The notes under the pieces were generated by a model. The model searched no databases. It was not told the origin of the DNA and was given only the letters and a program-made list of their open reading frames with translations. A stretch of 64,000 nt of DNA, taken from Daphnia carinata. Its lineage: Eukaryota. The translations under genes were made by a program, and so were the position numbers. The DNA lies in contig NC_081332.1 of assembly GCF_022539665.2 (NCBI RefSeq), positions 1,860,001 to 1,924,000 on the forward strand, given 5' to 3'. Shown here piece by piece: positions 1-12,236 of this stretch (position 1 is the first letter of the stretch; every line of letters begins with the position of its first letter).

Positions 1-72
1 GGAGGAAATAAATAGAAAAAAAAGGCATAACACTTTTGAAAAACGATCTGAAAAAAATTAAATGAGTTTTAC

Positions 73-990
73 CTGTGGCCAATGTGGCCGCAGCACATAT
101 CATTGTTGAAGGATTAAATTCTTCGTTACCAAAAGCTCCGCACGTAGAATTTTTGCTCGGAAATACGTCCGTATGACGAAGATTGATGGATTCATAACCT
201 CCCTCCTATTTTATTCAATTGCGAAACGCGTAAGGACATTGTAAAGATCGAAGTAGTAATTTCTTTTGAAATGCATTAGGCATTATAGGTATTGTTTAAC
301 GCACTTACGTAGGTGGCGCCCCATCCCATTGTGAGTGCCGTTTTCGTGTAATCCACCTCGTTGTTGTATTCAATGAAATCCACGTATTCGTAATCGAAGA
401 CGATCCCTGCCGTGAGCTGTTGTACAACAAATGAAACATTATTCAAGGCAAATCCGAACTACATCAACTTTGCGTTATACTAACTCTAACGAGGGCGATA
501 TCATTGGCTTTATTCGTGCTGTTGTACTCAGGAATAGGATTGAGAGTGTACACAGTCATGATTTGCTCGTTAATGTCTGGATTTAGGAGGCTTAACTGTC
601 CCGCAACGACGTTCAGCCTAGTATATGATTTGCTAAGCCAAGCACAACAGGGAAATTGGAGAATGAATCGTTAGATTTTATGTACTAATCGCAAGAGTGT
701 TACCCAACAATGCAGGAAGCTGCCGTAACGATCCATCTTGGGCTGTAAATGAATCCGCCACAGATATGACGTCCATCTTCCGTTATTGAAACTACGTATG
801 GGAACTGTCCCGATGAAGCCACGTCGCCTCCGACGATGCGATCAGTCTGAGAAAACGACCCTTTACGAAAAGACATAATGTTTAATTGACCATCATGTGA
901 CAATGAAGAATAATGTGCTTTGACAATAATGCCATGTCTATTACCTGTTGTACGGAAGATTATGGCTACCACAAACAAAATGAGCTTCAT
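73..990 (-). CDS. Secreted trypsin-fold serine protease homologue, copy 1 (3' end runs off the window)
   Basis: Signal exon MKLILFVVAIIFRTT, then DRIVGG...[40 protein letters not shown] and GWG exons with GT-AG introns. His57 position is Ser. The last exon lies left of base 1. Confidence 0.88.
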
Positions 991-1676
991 CTTTTTCAAG
1001 AGGTGCAAACATCACAAACGCGTATAAATGTTAAATGACGTCCAAACTGCTCGGTTTTCTTTTCCAAAATGGTGTTTGAACACTGAAGTGTGAGTCGTCA
1101 GATCTGGTTGGATAACAGGGCAATTGTTCTTACGGGGTTTTTCCATTTAATTCTCGTAGTTTGAAATGTCGTAACAGTTTGGGATAGGACTGGGTCAAAT
1201 GCACGGGGTGATTGGGTATTTAGGACTAACGCGGACTAGCGGGTCCCGCCCCTGATCAAACACGTTCAAACGAACTGTGCTATGCACACTTTTCGACTTG
1301 TGCCTTACGATAGTCCAGAGTCATTCGTATTCAGTGGTATGGCTGCATAAGCGTCGTGATGTGGTAGCGGCTGTGGTATTTCACGTATCAATAGTTTTCG
1401 TGCAACATTGATTCCTCCTTTATTTATTTTTTCTGAAGAAGAAGAAAAAGAGAAACTAGATGCAAAAGTGACAGAAAAAACTCTCACCGTAACCGATCAG
1501 CTTGGATTTAAACCTGTTCGGAATGTGTTAATAAAATGCTAGAAAAATGTAATGTGTTTAGTTCCACTTAGAGTAGCTGAGTTAACGTTTTTATTTTAGT
1601 AAATTGCCATTTGAGACTTTTGGGCTGTGTTGGATTTTGGTATACAATGAGGTGAAAGCGTTAGTTTTTTCGTCGT

Positions 1677-3038
1677 TTAGAAATAGGAGCTGTTGTGCGA
1701 ACGCGTTGGTTGTTGTCCGGCTGTTTCCAGCAACCATGTAGTATAGACGGACAGACGAGTGTAAACTCCTAGACTATCCGATCTGCAGCCCTCAGTTTTA
1801 GAAAAGATGCCAACAGCAGTTGGGATTACCAATGAAGGATCGGCAGGATCAGTAAATTCTTGCACGAATGGGGATCCTTCGTCATACTGACAAGCAGAGC
1901 CACTTGGAACTGGAACAAGAGCAACAATACTAAACAATGTTCATCACGAAAGGTACAGACTTTCTTGCTAAATTATTTGAATAAATCCAGCGATTTAGTA
2001 AATTGCTAAGATCATCCAATGTGCAATATTGGACGCCTCACCTGCAGCCAAGGATACTGTACTGCAAATCATGGTCGTGGTGTCAAACTCGGTGTTGGCA
2101 TAATTGCCACATGGTACTGTATCGCTGGTCGGAAAGATAGCAGCGCCCGCATAGCGTAAATTGACAGACTCCAACCCACCGTCCTGGTGCAACCAAAGAT
2201 AACGTAAACTCTTCTAGCAGAAAAAATATTTTTGCATTAAGATGTACGCACAAAGGTTGCACCCCATCCCATAATCACTCCTTTTTTAGAAATATCGGCT
2301 TCGTTAAATGCGATGAAATCAACATATCCATCATCGAACAAAATATTTTCTTTCAGCTATTGAAGAGAAGACAATGAATTAGAAAACGAAACAGCCTTTC
2401 AAGGTTTCATTTTCTGTCTAACCCTAATAAGCGCGATGTCATGTCGTTTGATCGCACTGTCGTACTCAGGAAAAACAGTGATCGTATAGACATCCATAAT
2501 CTTTTCGTTAACGTCTGGATTTATAAGGTTGAACTGTCCGACAACCACGTTGAGAGTCAGCATGGATTTCCTAAATAAAACGAAGAACGTTTTTATTTTT
2601 TTGCAAAGACTCTCTGAATTTCATTCATGAAAATTGTCCAAGCTTTTACAAAAGAAATGTTCTGAAATCTAAGGAAATGTTCATGCTGTTGAATGATGAG
2701 GGATAAAAGGAAACCTGTAGCTTGAATAAGACATTTCAGTTAGAAACAATCTTACAATTACCCAAAGACACAGGATGCTGCCGTGACGATCCACCTCGCA
2801 CTATAAATGAATCCACCGCAAATGTGACGACCATTTTCAGTAACTGAGACGACATACGGAAATTGCCCTGGGGAAGCCAATCCTCCGTCCGTGATGCGGT
2901 CACGTATTCCTTCATGTCAAACAACACAAGAACATTTAATTATTCACGTCAGTCGTATTATCTTTTGAAATCGCTTCCAATTCAGGAAGACCTACCTGAG
3001 ACAGTACACGTAGCAGCAAGAAGGAGCAAAAGCTTCAT
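1677..3038 (-). CDS. Secreted trypsin-fold serine protease homologue, copy 2
   Basis: MKLLLLLAATCTVS signal exon; RITDGG...GQFPY...CGG...TAASC; HDIAL; GWG; CQYDEGSP in place of CxGDSGGP; GVYTRLS. Exon layout matches the neighbouring copies. Confidence 0.9.
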
Positions 3039-3664
3039 CTTTCGTCTTTCAAGCTACAAAACACAGCAGTAAATGGAAACCGTTCGGCTTGTGTTCGCAT
3101 ATTATACAACCTCCTTCTTTTAATCGTTGAGGCATTTGGTTCGGTTACTGTCGATAACCAAATTTACGAGGTGGTACTACATTGTTTTAAAGCTAAATAT
3201 CGATTCGCTAGATAAGCAATGCTACTAATATAATCATGTGCCCATCAAGGCATCTTATTTAAGACAACAACGATAACGAAGATGAGCCATGTGATGGTTA
3301 TGTCGTACAGCTGAATGCGTGCAATCACGAATTCATCTAGCCCCAACGCTCTAAATGACGCAGGACCCATATTTTCTTATCAAAACCGAGCAACACTACG
3401 TGTTTATTATGGATTAGTAACAACAAATTTAATGATGGAGCTCATTTACAGGGCAATAATTGCGTTATAGTCTTAACTGAATACTGACCGTTCTAATGGA
3501 AGCGGCGTGCAGTAAACCCTATGACTTGCGTGAATGAGAGCTAATGAATCCCGTAATGTCCTTAAGACATCTACTTACGGACGGGATAACATCATCTTTA
3601 TTACTGAAACATAGACCCGAAAATTCATTGCAAAAAACCTAAAAACAAAATCCTCTTCTAATCA

Positions 3665-5079
3665 TTATAACGGCCTCAATTGTCTTTTGCGAATGGGAAG
3701 CGTGAATGGCGGTCTCGTCGTAGTAGTCGGAAGCGTAAAATCAGGCGGAAGTGTTACCGGTTCTCTAGTCGTCGTTGGCGGAGTGAATGTGCGATCCACG
3801 GTTGTAGTTGCAACCGTAGTTGTCGTACTGGCCGTAGTTGTACTGGGGGTGCTAACAATCGAAGTAGTCGTCTCCGTCGCCATGGATGTTGAAGCTGTTG
3901 TCGTTGGAACCGTTCCAGTCGTACTCTCGGTTAAGGTCGTCGCTTGTTGTACAGTTGTCGTAATGATAGTATTATCCTGCGCTTGTTGTCCAGCTAACTG
4001 AGAAAACCAAGAGTAGTAAATGGATGCCCGAGTATACACGCTCGGCAAGTCCATGGAACAGCCCGTGTTTTTCGACATGACGCCCACTGCTATTGGCCTA
4101 TTTGCCATTATTTGAACCAAAGGTGAACCTTCGTCGTAGTGGCATGGAGCACCTGCATTACCTATTCAACCACATTTGATCTCACGTTTTGAAACAGTTA
4201 AGGTTTAGAATCTCATACTGCTAATTGAACTGCTCTGTGCGCATAACATGCTAGCCGTCTGGAACTCTGTTGCATTGTAATCGCCACATGAAGGTTCGTT
4301 TCCGCGGATAGTCACAGAAGCGTAACGGAGTCTCGTTGATTCGAATCCTCCTTCCTTTGATTAGCCAAAACTTCCAGTTAAATTTTCAAATTTTATTTAA
4401 GGTAATAACAAAATCAAACCTTACCTGAGAGGCTCCCCATCCCATAACAGTTGCTTCGGGATTAATCATATCAGCTTCGTCGTAGTTAATGAAATTCACC
4501 GCGTAACGGTTGCTGAAACTAATATTCTTCGTCAGCTATAAAACAAACAAGAACAAATTAAATATTTGATTACAACTATTTAATTTTTTTGATGTACTGT
4601 ATATACCTGAATCATAGCGACGTCGTGGATTTGATGGACGCTGTCGTATCCATCAAATGGATAAATTTGATGGACTTGAATCGCCTCTTCGTTGGGATCG
4701 ATTGCAGTGAGCTGCAACTGGCCCACAACGACTTGCAATTTACTCGCTACTTTCCTACAATTTTCGAAAATTAGTTAACTCAATGTAGTTATGTTTTTGA
4801 CTGAATTACCCCAAGACGCATGAAGCTGTGGTAACGATCCACTTCTCGCTGTAAATGAATCCACCGCAAAAATGACGGCCGTTTTCAGTAATCGAAACGA
4901 CGTAAGGAAATTGTCCTTCGTACGCGATCCCACCTTCGATGATGCGGCCATTAAAAGCCACTGGAACCGCTTTAAAACATCGTATGCAATTAATTATAGA
5001 ACACGAATGAATGTCGCTAATTGAACTTACCTGTGACTGAGCACGCGATAATGAACAAAAGGAGGACGCAGTAATTCAT
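3665..5079 (-). CDS. Secreted trypsin-fold serine protease homologue, copy 3, with a Thr-rich mucin-like C-terminal tail
   Basis: [22 protein letters not shown]...GQFPY...[28 protein letters not shown]; followed by about 100 aa rich in Thr/Pro. Confidence 0.9.
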
Positions 5080-5874
5080 GGTTATACTCATCAGCTACTG
5101 TTCAGCATATGTAAATGCCTTCGTAAAATACCGATTGTTTTAATAACTAAATGGCCTTCTATAAATAATATGCAATTCAACCACTGAACGTTGAACTTTG
5201 CCGATAGCAAAGTGATTGACGTATTTGAGCACTTTGAATAAAGAAGGTGCCAGCGTTGTGCTGCTCTTCAGCTCTGCATACAATGTTGATAATCGAAAGC
5301 CAAGTTCACGTATGGCGTGTTTACAGTCTGCATGTGTAAACAAATTGACAAGTAACGAGACTGTATTTGTTGATATTCAACATTACACGTTTGAAACGAG
5401 TTTTATGTAAACTTCTCATGTCTGTATACATCTCTATCAAACTGTTTGGGCAGCAAAGTGTTTCACCTTCACAATTGACTTGTTGGGGACACTATGCAAG
5501 CCTGAATTAATTATTTCCTACCTCCAGAGACATCGTATAAATTAAGACAAGAAACAGCTTTTCTCGAACTTTCTTTATGTCGAACGTAGGCGTCTCATCC
5601 AATCATCACATATCTCGCATCCGAGCATTCCAAATCTCTGTTATCTATTGTATTGTTTAAAATGCTGATGTCCAACTGGGGTGCTGACATGTAACTTGTA
5701 TTACGTTTAAAACGTTGTATCTGAAACGACTTTCGATCGAATTGCACCACACAAGACGTCCGTTCAAATTGAATTGTTTCATTATACCCCCATGATGTTA
5801 TAAACAAAAATCCTTTTGTATTGTACAACACGACAAGACATTAACTCTTTTCAATATATAATTTGCAATATAGC

Positions 5875-7118
5875 TTAAGGAATAACTGGAGAAACCTCCC
5901 CCACTGTTGTAGCAGCATCCGTCACAGTTGAAACTACGGGTTCTGTAACAGTCGTGACGACCGACTCTGCTGTTGTCACAGCATTCGTGTTGGTGGTTCC
6001 AGGCTCTTGGGTAGTGACGCTGCTATTATCCAATTCCTGCTGGCCGGCTGTCTTTATAAACCAAGAATAGTAGACGGACAAGCGAGTGTACACGCTGGAT
6101 TGATCCACGGAACAGCCTCTGTTCTTCGACATGACGCCCACCACTATCGGTTTGCTGTTAATGTATTGAACCAAAGGTGATCCTTCGTCGTACTGACACG
6201 GTGCACCAGCGATGGCTGCTGGAAAATTAAAAATTTCATTAGGATTTTAATCGATTTACGTGTAATAGACGTATAGCTACAGGTAGAAGCTGCAGTGTTT
6301 GTGCATATCATCGTTGCCAATTGGAAGTCTGATCCGGTGTAATCCCCGCATTCCATTCCATTTTGGATCATCGTCGTGGCGTAGTGAAGTTTCGTCGATT
6401 CAAATCCTCCTTCCTAATAAATAATTTTTAAAATTCAGGATCTATTATTTCCGTCGATGAACGACCCATACCTGAGTGGCACCCCATCCCATGATTGTGG
6501 CTTCAGGATTCGTCATATCAACTTCGTTGTAATTGATGAAGTAAACTCCATTGGGCGTGACGTAAGTGATGTTATTCGTCAACTGTAAATAATATTAGCC
6601 TTAAACGCATTGATCAAACAACAGCAGCAAGAAGAAGCGTGTCACATACCTGAAGAAGGGCGACATCATGGAGCTTATTAGTGGCATCGTATTCGCTAAA
6701 AGGAACGAGTCGATAAACTGCGTGGATTTCTTCATGAGGATCCAGTACAGTTAAATCCTGCTGTCCAGTAACTACTTTCAGGTTACTCGCAGTTTTTCTA
6801 AACATGACGTGAACAAGGTAAATTGTGATTTATAATCTTTGTGAACAATCTTACCCAACGATGCACGAGGCTGTCGTGACGATCCATTTCTCGCTGTAAA
6901 TGAAGCCACTGCAAACATGTCGATTGTTTTCAGTCAAGGAGACGATGTATGGAAATTGCCCAGGTGAGGCGATCTCACCGCCTATGATGCGTTCATCGTG
7001 AGTCGGTGCTCCTGGTTAGAAAAGGGGACAACATTATGAACGTTTGATAGACAAATGATTGCTGAATACCTGCACTAAGGTAAAGGACGGAGAACAGGTA
7101 GGCAATAGCGAATTTCAT
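5875..7118 (-). CDS. Secreted trypsin-fold serine protease homologue, copy 4, with a Thr/Val-rich tail
   Basis: MKFAIAYLFSVLYLSA; RIIGG...GQFPY...TTASC; HDVALLQ; GWG; CQYDEGSP; SVYTRLS; tail rich in Thr/Val/Glu. Confidence 0.9.
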
Positions 7119-8055
7119 TGTTCTTGATGGAATGAACTTCGATTGAACGGTGTTCTTTTAAAACGCAGCTTATTTATTACATTGCGTACGATCCTATCGC
7201 AGTAATTAACTTCCATGTGATCTTTTAAGATCGATAACGAAACGAAAAGAGGAGTCACTCTTTTCTAAATGACGCAACAGTTTGACGTCATACCTTACAG
7301 TAATAGGATTGAGTAAATGGGGCATCATCATTCCATGGACTGTGCTTAAAGAAAAACAGGAACTGGTTTGTGATTGTTAAGTGTGATTGGGTCCATCGAA
7401 TCCAATGCTTGTATAGGTCTGTTATTTGTCAAAACTGCTGCGCATAACATACGCCCTGTTTGTTCTCCAATAGCATTAAGGTCTCACTTATATGCTTAGG
7501 CACTGACCGCAATGCCGATTCCATATCTATAGACTTACGTAACGTATTGTGTTTATCTAACCCATGTTTTCAACAGCTTTCACACGGTTCTACATTTTTG
7601 GTTCGAGTATAATCTGATGTATAATTTCAAAATCAATAAAAAAATCATTTCGTTTAACGGATCGACATCCTTTAGCTCAATTCATATGTTTTTATGCTAT
7701 GAGGCCTTCTCTGCATGAACTGGTTTTACCGGATATGCAAATCACTCAAGAAAATCTGACAGAATGGCTGCCAACTTACGCAAGAGTAAAGTGCAACCGT
7801 ATCACTTAAACTCAAAAATCCCAAAGATCATTCGAGTACAACACATCGTAATAGTCCAGCATATCGGATACGTGCTGTAGTTTAATCTAATAATTATCGA
7901 ACTATCACTGGACCTGTTGCTCAGTGCCCTAGAGGACTTTCCTCTTTGTCACTTGTTGAACGCATGCGGGCACGTAGTCAAAGCCTTTTTAATCATTTGA
8001 TATTAGTCGTATGTAGGACATTGCATCTCTGAAACATTCAAATCAAAAATATTTT

Positions 8056-8111
8056 TAAGCCCGACTAAATAAGCCCGACTAAATAAGCCCGACTTTTCTT
8101 AGTCGGGCTTA
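8056..8111. repeat. Three tandem 14-bp-period units (TAAGCCCGACT core) followed by an inverted copy
   Basis: taagcccgactaaa x2, taagcccgact, ttct spacer region, then agtcgggctta. The same core recurs at about 33003-33027 and 36946. Confidence 0.85.
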
Positions 8112-8286
8112 AAAAAATTTTCTGCAAAAACTGATACTCATCCGACTTGGTTGGATATCTCAGGATATACTCAAAATTCAATGCTTATTCCGGGAAAATT
8201 GCTATATTTTTCATTTAGTTAATCGTTTTTGAAATAAGCCGAGTAATTAACGCATTGCTAGCACGCCAGTACGCTATAGCGATAGC

Positions 8287-8370
8287 GCGATGCAGCAAAA
8301 AAATTGTATTTAGAGAATTAACTAGAAATCTGACCGGGAGATGGCGATAGTAGTAAAACAGGAAAAAAGG
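8287..8370. repeat. Dispersed repeat fragment, inverted homologue of about 33170-33263
   Basis: gcgatgcagcaaaaaaattg...ctagaaatctgaccgggagatggcga aligns with the reverse complement of tcgccacctcgcggtcagatttctag...ttctgctgcatcg. Confidence 0.7.
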
Positions 8371-8546
8371 AAATCGTTCAAAATCGAGAATGTCGCCTTC
8401 GCCATCTGATGGAAAAGATTGTAACAACAAGGTTATTTTGCGAAGTTGGCAAAATATCCGTCGGGAAATCGGATAGCCTGTTGCTCACAGAATCTCTGTC
8501 GATTGATAGCATAGTTTGTGTTTCAATCAAGATTTGAACCTCAATC

Positions 8547-9224
8547 ATGTCGAACACCATTTTGCGTCGCATTATTCACTCATCGTTTGCTCCAGCAGCC
8601 ATCGGTCCATATAGGTAATATTTTCTTAAGCACTGTACACTGTACAAATTAGCTTATCTTACATTGCCATCCCAATAGTCAAGCTGTTCTCGTGGACAAA
8701 ACATTATACATCTCTGGACAATTGGGCCTTGATGCCCAAACTGGGTCGCTAGTTCCTGGAGGAGTTGAAGCTGAAGCAAAGAAAGCCTTAGACAACATGG
8801 GGCACATTTTGGAAGCAGCTGGAATTTCCTACAAAAATGGTATCTAAAATGTTTGGCACAGACAGAATAATTTTCATCACCATTTCCATACTTCTGGATC
8901 ATATTTTAGTTGTCAAGACTACTGTTTTGCTTGCAGACATTAATGACTTTGGCAAAGTAAATGAAATATATCGCCAATGTAAGTTGTGTCCCATATTTAT
9001 ATTTTATAGCACAACTGGTTTATAGAAATTTGTTGCATTCAGATTTTACAGACAACTTTCCTGCCCGTGCTGCCTACCAGGTTGCTGCTTTACCTAGGGT
9101 ATGTGATTAAAAATTGTATCCATTATGATCGAGTTAATAAGAATTCTCAAAAAAATAGGCTGGAAGGGTTGAAATTGAAGCTGTTGCTGTTGTTGGGGTG
9201 ATTGAAGACATGGCGAAACTGTGA
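8547..9224 (+). CDS. RIDA: RidA / YjgF/YER057c/UK114 family 2-iminobutanoate/2-iminopropanoate deaminase
   Basis: Spliced product contains APAAIGPYSQAV...LYISGQLGLD...VVKTTVLLADINDF...FPARAAYQVAALP...VEIEAVA; five exons with GT-AG introns. Confidence 0.95.
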
Positions 9225-9361
9225 GAAGTTTAAAGTTTGTTAGGATCTACTATTATTGTTAAAATATTTTTGTTCACACAGAGAACTTAAAATAGAAAAG
9301 CTCAAACAGTTTATAATGTAATTTCATTTATTTTCATCAATCCTAATACACAGTTGTCCCA

Positions 9362-9988
9362 TTAACGTCTTCCTCCTTTGCCTTTCTTCTTACCACCACC
9401 ACCCTGGCCGGCTGCTTGTCCGTCTCCACTTGACTTGAAGACTCTGCTTTTTAAATGGGGAATTTTCTCTCCGATGTATAAAAACAATGAATCTCCTGTT
9501 GTAAATATGTCATCATGTCAATCATATTAATCTGTTTTTTTAACTTGTACTGTTTATCTTACTGGTGGGAAATCCTGGATTGACAGGAGATCCATCCTCA
9601 TTTTTCAGCTGGACCCTTACTCTTCCACGCATTTCCTCTTCTTTGCTTGATTCCCTTGAGTAGAACTTGGGTTCAACTCCTACCTTGAAATTTGCGGCTT
9701 GCAAGACATCGCTTATTTCGTTACAAGTAGGTCGCTCAACCGCACGGGATTTAGGAACTCGGCGGCCAGCTACCCTCGTCTTACTACTGTCAATGTATGC
9801 AGGGTAAATACAGATCCATCTGTCAAAGAAAATACCGGAAAGAAGGTTACTGAATGGTTTTGAAAAAGAAAATACCCAAACTTTGCTTGATACAAAGTCT
9901 AAGCTAAATTGCATGGACATGATTACCTTTCAGGATCGCTAGGTTTTTTATTTGGATTGAAAGAACTTCTTGTGAAAGTGGCAGCCAT
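9362..9988 (-). CDS. SRP19: Signal recognition particle 19 kDa protein
   Basis: MAATFTRSS...DPERWICIYPAYIDSSKTRVAGRRVPK...RGRVRVQLKNEDGS...IPHLKSR and a basic Gly/Lys-rich tail; three exons. Confidence 0.95.
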
Positions 9989-10327
9989 TTTTCGAAGTCA
10001 ACATCAGCATACGGAGTGACGTGCACAAGTAAACAGACGACTTTAAAAATTGCACGTGCTTTACCTACCTACCACTAGAGGGTACAAGTTTTAAAGCAGA
10101 CGAAAAGGAATTTCCGATCGTTTAGGAACTGACAAACCGCGAATACGGGTAGTGTCATCTTCTTTCGATTTACCATTTCACACAACTATAAGAATTCTGA
10201 TATTTACATTTTTATTTATTATTTATATACTTGTCATATAAAACAATTGTGTAATGGGCTACGCAGTTGAAATCGCTCATGATGATCAAACCTTGATTGC
10301 CTAACAGTGAACAGAATCAGTACCATC
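9989..10327. promoter_or_regulatory. Probable bidirectional promoter of SRP19 and RCE1
   Basis: Head-to-head start codons about 340 bp apart. Contains CCACTAGAGGG (CTCF-like) and AGCAGACGA. Confidence 0.6.
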
Positions 10328-11471
10328 ATGGATGAGAGCTGTTCTAAAACAGCAAATTTGTCCTGCTTTATACTTTCTTCTGTCTATGTTGGAAGCCTCT
10401 ATATTTGGAAGTCAACTGAAGATAGGTATTTTTTTAATTCAAACCTTTAAACATATCTATTCATATTGTTTTTGATTCTTTCAGAAATCACCCCAAAACT
10501 GTGATCCGGAGGTTTATCAGTGCATTCTGCATGTTGTTTGTAGCCCCAGGAATTGTTTACATTACATTAAAATTTATGAACCCCAAGGTGAAAGTTTTTT
10601 GCCACTTTTTCAAAACTTTAGACATTAATAATATATGATTCTTTAAAATTTTAGGAATCAATTGATCTTCTAAGTTTATTGGGTTTAAGATATAATGGCT
10701 TATTGTCAGCCATCTCACTACCAGTTCTTTTGACTTCTGTCCTTTTTTTAGGACCAATCACTATCACATTTTTCGATGGATCATGGAAAGATATGTTTAG
10801 TGAGTTAAATTTAACAGTGTATGTAAGTGGGATTAAAAAAAAATATTCCTTGGTTACAGGGGCAGAGTGTTGGAAGACGAACCTGCAAGATATATTATGG
10901 ATTCGCAATCAAATTGTCGCCCCGATCTCGGAAGAATTTACATTTCGAGCATGCATGCTTCCCCAGCTGCTCAAATGCTATTTAACTTCACAAGCCGTTC
11001 TAGTCAGCCCGTTGTTCTTTGGAGTTGGTAAGATTATACAGTTTTTGTATGAGAATGATGATTAAAGCTTTTTAATTTTAGGGCATTTCCACCATATGAT
11101 TGAGCGTTGGCGACAGGGCATGCCATTGTTGCAGTCTCTACTTGTCTCTTGTAATATTAAAAACTTGGACGTTATTTTAAGGAAAAGAATATAACGTGCT
11201 TTTTTTTATCGCTTTAGGTTTTCAGTTTGCCTACACTACTCTCTTCGGAATGTATGCGGCGTTTTTATTTATTCGCACAAATCATGTCGTGGCGCCGTGC
11301 GTGGCGCATGCGTTCTGTAACGTCATGGGTTTTCCCGATTTTGGTGAGATTGGTCGGCAAACAGGTTGGAAAAGGATCGTATTGGCTTCAGCATTCGTTG
11401 GCGGCCTTGTAGGGTGGTACCTCCTACTATGGCCTTTAACTGAACCTACACTCTATCACAATAACCCATGA
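10328..11471 (+). CDS. RCE1: CAAX prenyl protease 2 (Rce1)
   Basis: YVGSLY, IRRF, RNQIVAPISEEFTFR, FFGVGHFHH, QFAYTTLFG and HAFCNVMGFP motifs of the CPBP/Rce1 family; splice phases are consistent. Confidence 0.95.
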
Positions 11472-11723
11472 GAATTCATACGGGATGCTAGCGGCAGTCG
11501 TGTTACAACAAACTAAACACTACCATAAAACGGTGCTTTAGCAGAGGTAATAAAACGCGTGGAAATAACTTGCTTCTATGCCGCAAACGTATTTTGTAAC
11601 GCATTTAATATCATCTATTACCATTAAAGAAAGCCAAAATACGTGAAAAACAAAAAATAAAGCTGGTGCGGTAACTATACACTTAGAAGCCAATGTTGCT
11701 TCTAAGAAAGATAAGATGTTCCG

Positions 11724-11882
11724 CGCTAGATGGCGCTATTGCTGTGGTTTTCATTTTGCATATTTTGGAGATTCTGACCCTAGATGACACTATTGCTGTG
11801 GTTTCATTTGCATATTTTGGAGATTCTGATGCTAGATGGCACTATTCATGTTGTTTTCATTTGCATATTTTGGAGATTCTGA
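11724..11882. repeat. Three tandem 52-54 bp repeats, each with a CTAGATGRCRCT motif and an ATTTGCAT-like octamer
   Basis: ctagatggcgctattg...tttgcatattttggagattctga occurs three times, with ctaga starting at 11726, 11780 and 11832. Confidence 0.9.
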
Positions 11883-12236
11883 AAGCACCGGGTCGAAAGC
11901 GGTCGTTTTATCACAGTTCACCGATTGTTCTTTTTGATAAATCAGCAATAGCCCACCACAGACCTTCAAAGTTTCATTGGTTGGTCAAACTTAAATGAAT
12001 TCATTTGTAAAATACGTTCCAATAGAATACGTATTACATGAAAATACCACCGTTCAAGTAAAGAAGACGATGCATGGTTTTTCAGATGGTACATAAAAAA
12101 GGAAGTAACCAAGCTAGTCATCAGCCACGTTTTCTTTCAGCGATCATTATTTCAGAAATTCCACGCTGGGTTTCTGTAAAACCCAGATGTTTGTGTAATG
12201 TAATCCAAGAATCTTGTTGGCTACTTAAAAAGAAAA

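Noticed and set aside
3680..4001. Plus-strand Val-rich and Arg-rich ORFs
   Set aside because: Antisense shadows of the Thr-rich tail of protease homologue 3.
1677..7118. Active trypsins or chymotrypsins
   Set aside because: The catalytic His and Ser are both replaced in every complete copy.
11724..11882. CRISPR-like repeat array
   Set aside because: Units are contiguous with no unique spacers, there are no cas genes, and the context is eukaryotic.
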